DNA of 64,000 bases from Lachnospiraceae bacterium (GTDB lineage: Bacteria > Bacillota > Clostridia > Lachnospirales > Lachnospiraceae). A program made the position numbers and the translations under genes. The stretch spans positions 38,812 to 102,811 of the forward strand of contig JAAWCJ010000023.1 in NCBI GenBank assembly GCA_022793195.1, read 5' to 3'. The notes beneath the pieces were generated by a model. It was not told where the DNA came from and made no database searches. It saw only the letters and a list, made by a program, of their open reading frames with translations. Within the stretch, counting starts at the first letter, position 1. Each line of letters begins with the position of its first letter. This document shows positions 62,503 through 64,000 of the stretch, piece after piece.

Positions 62503-64000
62503 ATGAAAAGAGAGACATTTATCAGAACGGCGCTGGCGCTGATGACAGGTTTTATTTTAGCAGCGTTTTTGGCACAGGGGAAGGCATTGGCTTCTGTCCT
62601 CAGAGCCGGGCTTTATTTCAGCGTACTGTTTACCGGATATAAGTATGGAGCAGGGATTGGAGCTGTGGCGGGGACAGGCTGTGGCGTCATAGAGGCGATT
62701 ATGCAGGAAGACATTTCTTCCATGGGGATGCTGTGCCTGGCGGGAGTCATGGCCGGGGTATTTCGGAGTTTGGGAAAAATGGGGAGTACCCTGGGATTTT
62801 TAGCTGGAGCGGCAATTTTGGGAATCCTTTATCTTCCGCAGGAAATAAATCAGGGAATGGGAGTCTTTTTTACGGCGGCGGTGGCATTTTTGCTGGTGCC
62901 GGAGAGTCTTTGTACAAAAACAGAGATAAAAAAAGAATACATACGTCCCATTTCATTTTATACACAGGGACAGGAACAGACGGCAGCCGAACGGATTAAA
63001 TCTGTGTCGGATGCAATGGAAAGGCTTGCAAAAACGTTCGGACAGCCGGAGGAGGAAGAGGAGGAGGATGAAAATGTGGTGGCAGAAGGGATTCCTGTGA
63101 TTCCCGGGGATACGGCTGCCATTTCCCTGGAAGGGCTGGCCTGGAAAGAACGTTATGAAGAATGTAGGGATACGGTGGCGGAAAGCTTTCGGGAGATGGA
63201 GCGAATCCTTTCAGAACTTTCCGTGGATATCGGGGCCACGGGGGATGTTTCGGGAAAGTATAAAGAAAGACTTTCCAGGGAACTTAAGTTTCGGAGGGTT
63301 CGGTTAAGTAATTTGACGGTATTGGAGAAGAATGGAGAAAAGCGGGAAGTTTATCTGCGGGTTAAGGCGGCGGGGAACAGGTGCATGACAGTGAGAGAAT
63401 TGTCCGAAACTGTCAGCGGGGTTTTGGAGGAGCGGTTTGTACCGGCTTTAGACAGCCGGAGGATTATAACGAAAGAGCCTTGCATGGTGCAACTGATGAA
63501 AGCGCCTCATTATATGATGCTCCATGGAATTTCCAGGGCTGCCAGAATGGAAAAGGAACTTTCCGGGGATAATTTTACATTTTGCCCTCTTCCCGACGGA
63601 CGTATACTTTTTGGCGTGGCGGATGGCATGGGTTCCGGCAGCAGGGCTTTTAAAGACAGCGAAGTGGTGATGGAACTGGCAGAGCAGCTTCTCTCCAGCG
63701 GTTTTGGGCTGGAGCAGGCGCTGCGGCTGATGAATTCCGTACTTCTTTTAAAGGATCGGGAGCAACGGCCGATTACGGTGGATTTGGCGGTGGCAGATTT
63801 ATATACAGGAGTCTGCCGTTTTGTGAAAGCCGGAGGCGTGACAACTTTTGTTAAGAAAGGGCGGGATATTGAAACCATACGTGCCGATGGCTTGCCGGCA
63901 GGGGTGCTTAAAGATGCCCGGCCCGAATATTTAGAAAGGACACTTGAAGACGGAGATAAGATTATCATGGTGACAGATGGAATTTTGGATGCCCTGGCAG
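62503..64000 (+). CDS. spoIIE: stage II sporulation protein E (PP2C phosphatase), 3'-partial at window end
   Basis: This frame is absent from the track because it runs off the window. ATG at 62503 follows GGGAGG. A ~130-aa TM region, then ...SGDNFTFCPLPDGRILFGVADGMGSGSRAFKDSE...VTDGILDAL (PP2C/SpoIIE domain). It follows divIC, as in Bacillus. Confidence 0.85.
   Translation, partial: MKRETFIRTALALMTGFILAAFLAQGKALASVLRAGLYFSVLFTGYKYGAGIGAVAGTGCGVIEAIMQEDISSMGMLCLAGVMAGVFRSLGKMGSTLGFLAGAAILGILYLPQEINQGMGVFFTAAVAFLLVPESLCTKTEIKKEYIRPISFYTQGQEQTAAERIKSVSDAMERLAKTFGQPEEEEEEDENVVAEGIPVIPGDTAAISLEGLAWKERYEECRDTVAESFREMERILSELSVDIGATGDVSGKYKERLSRELKFRRVRLSNLTVLEKNGEKREVYLRVKAAGNRCMTVRELSETVSGVLEERFVPALDSRRIITKEPCMVQLMKAPHYMMLHGISRAARMEKELSGDNFTFCPLPDGRILFGVADGMGSGSRAFKDSEVVMELAEQLLSSGFGLEQALRLMNSVLLLKDREQRPITVDLAVADLYTGVCRFVKAGGVTTFVKKGRDIETIRADGLPAGVLKDARPEYLERTLEDGDKIIMVTDGILDALA

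Overview
This 64-kb window comes from a spore-forming Clostridia genome, Lachnospiraceae-like, with roughly 50% GC by eye. No similarity search was possible, so every family call rests on motifs read from the ORF translations. The backbone is housekeeping and sporulation genes. These include spmA, a dacB-like carboxypeptidase, trmB, bioB, metG, tatD, rsmA, trkAH, and the conserved cluster pth-mfd-prsA-like ... spoVT-mazG-hup-yabO-yabP-yabQ-divIC-spoIIE. There is also a TPP-riboswitch-controlled ECF thiamine/HMP uptake operon, a Liv-type ABC operon, two two-component loci, an aconitase-family gene and one tRNA-Lys(CUU). Six things stand out. (1) An AT-rich two-gene cassette (56982-59151) is wedged into the mfd-spoVT sporulation cluster. 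It encodes an ABC-like AAA ATPase and a Toprim/RloB-like protein with an unrecognised C-terminal domain, and a decayed GGDEF gene fragment sits at its right edge. It is a candidate AbiL/PARIS-like anti-phage module of a possibly new variant. (2) A family of long hairpin repeats has conserved loop sequences and compensatory stem changes (copies at 12675-12966, 16742-16987 and 42626-42792). One copy sits between the TPP riboswitch and its operon, and two inverted copies bracket that operon. (3) Direct repeats bracket a 7.4-kb block carrying an AlbA_2/Schlafen-like regulator, two hybrid kinases and a His-rich CsoR-like repressor. (4) A catabolic locus shows visible decay: a deletion joins a truncated livF to a truncated Zn-ADH gene, and an Asp/Glu-racemase-family gene carries a homopolymer frameshift. 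(5) An 848-aa HTH protein is extremely acidic and built from 36-bp tandem repeats. (6) Further nested palindromes lie upstream of bioB and downstream of the DUF885 gene. No CRISPR array, rRNA, transposase or integrase was seen.
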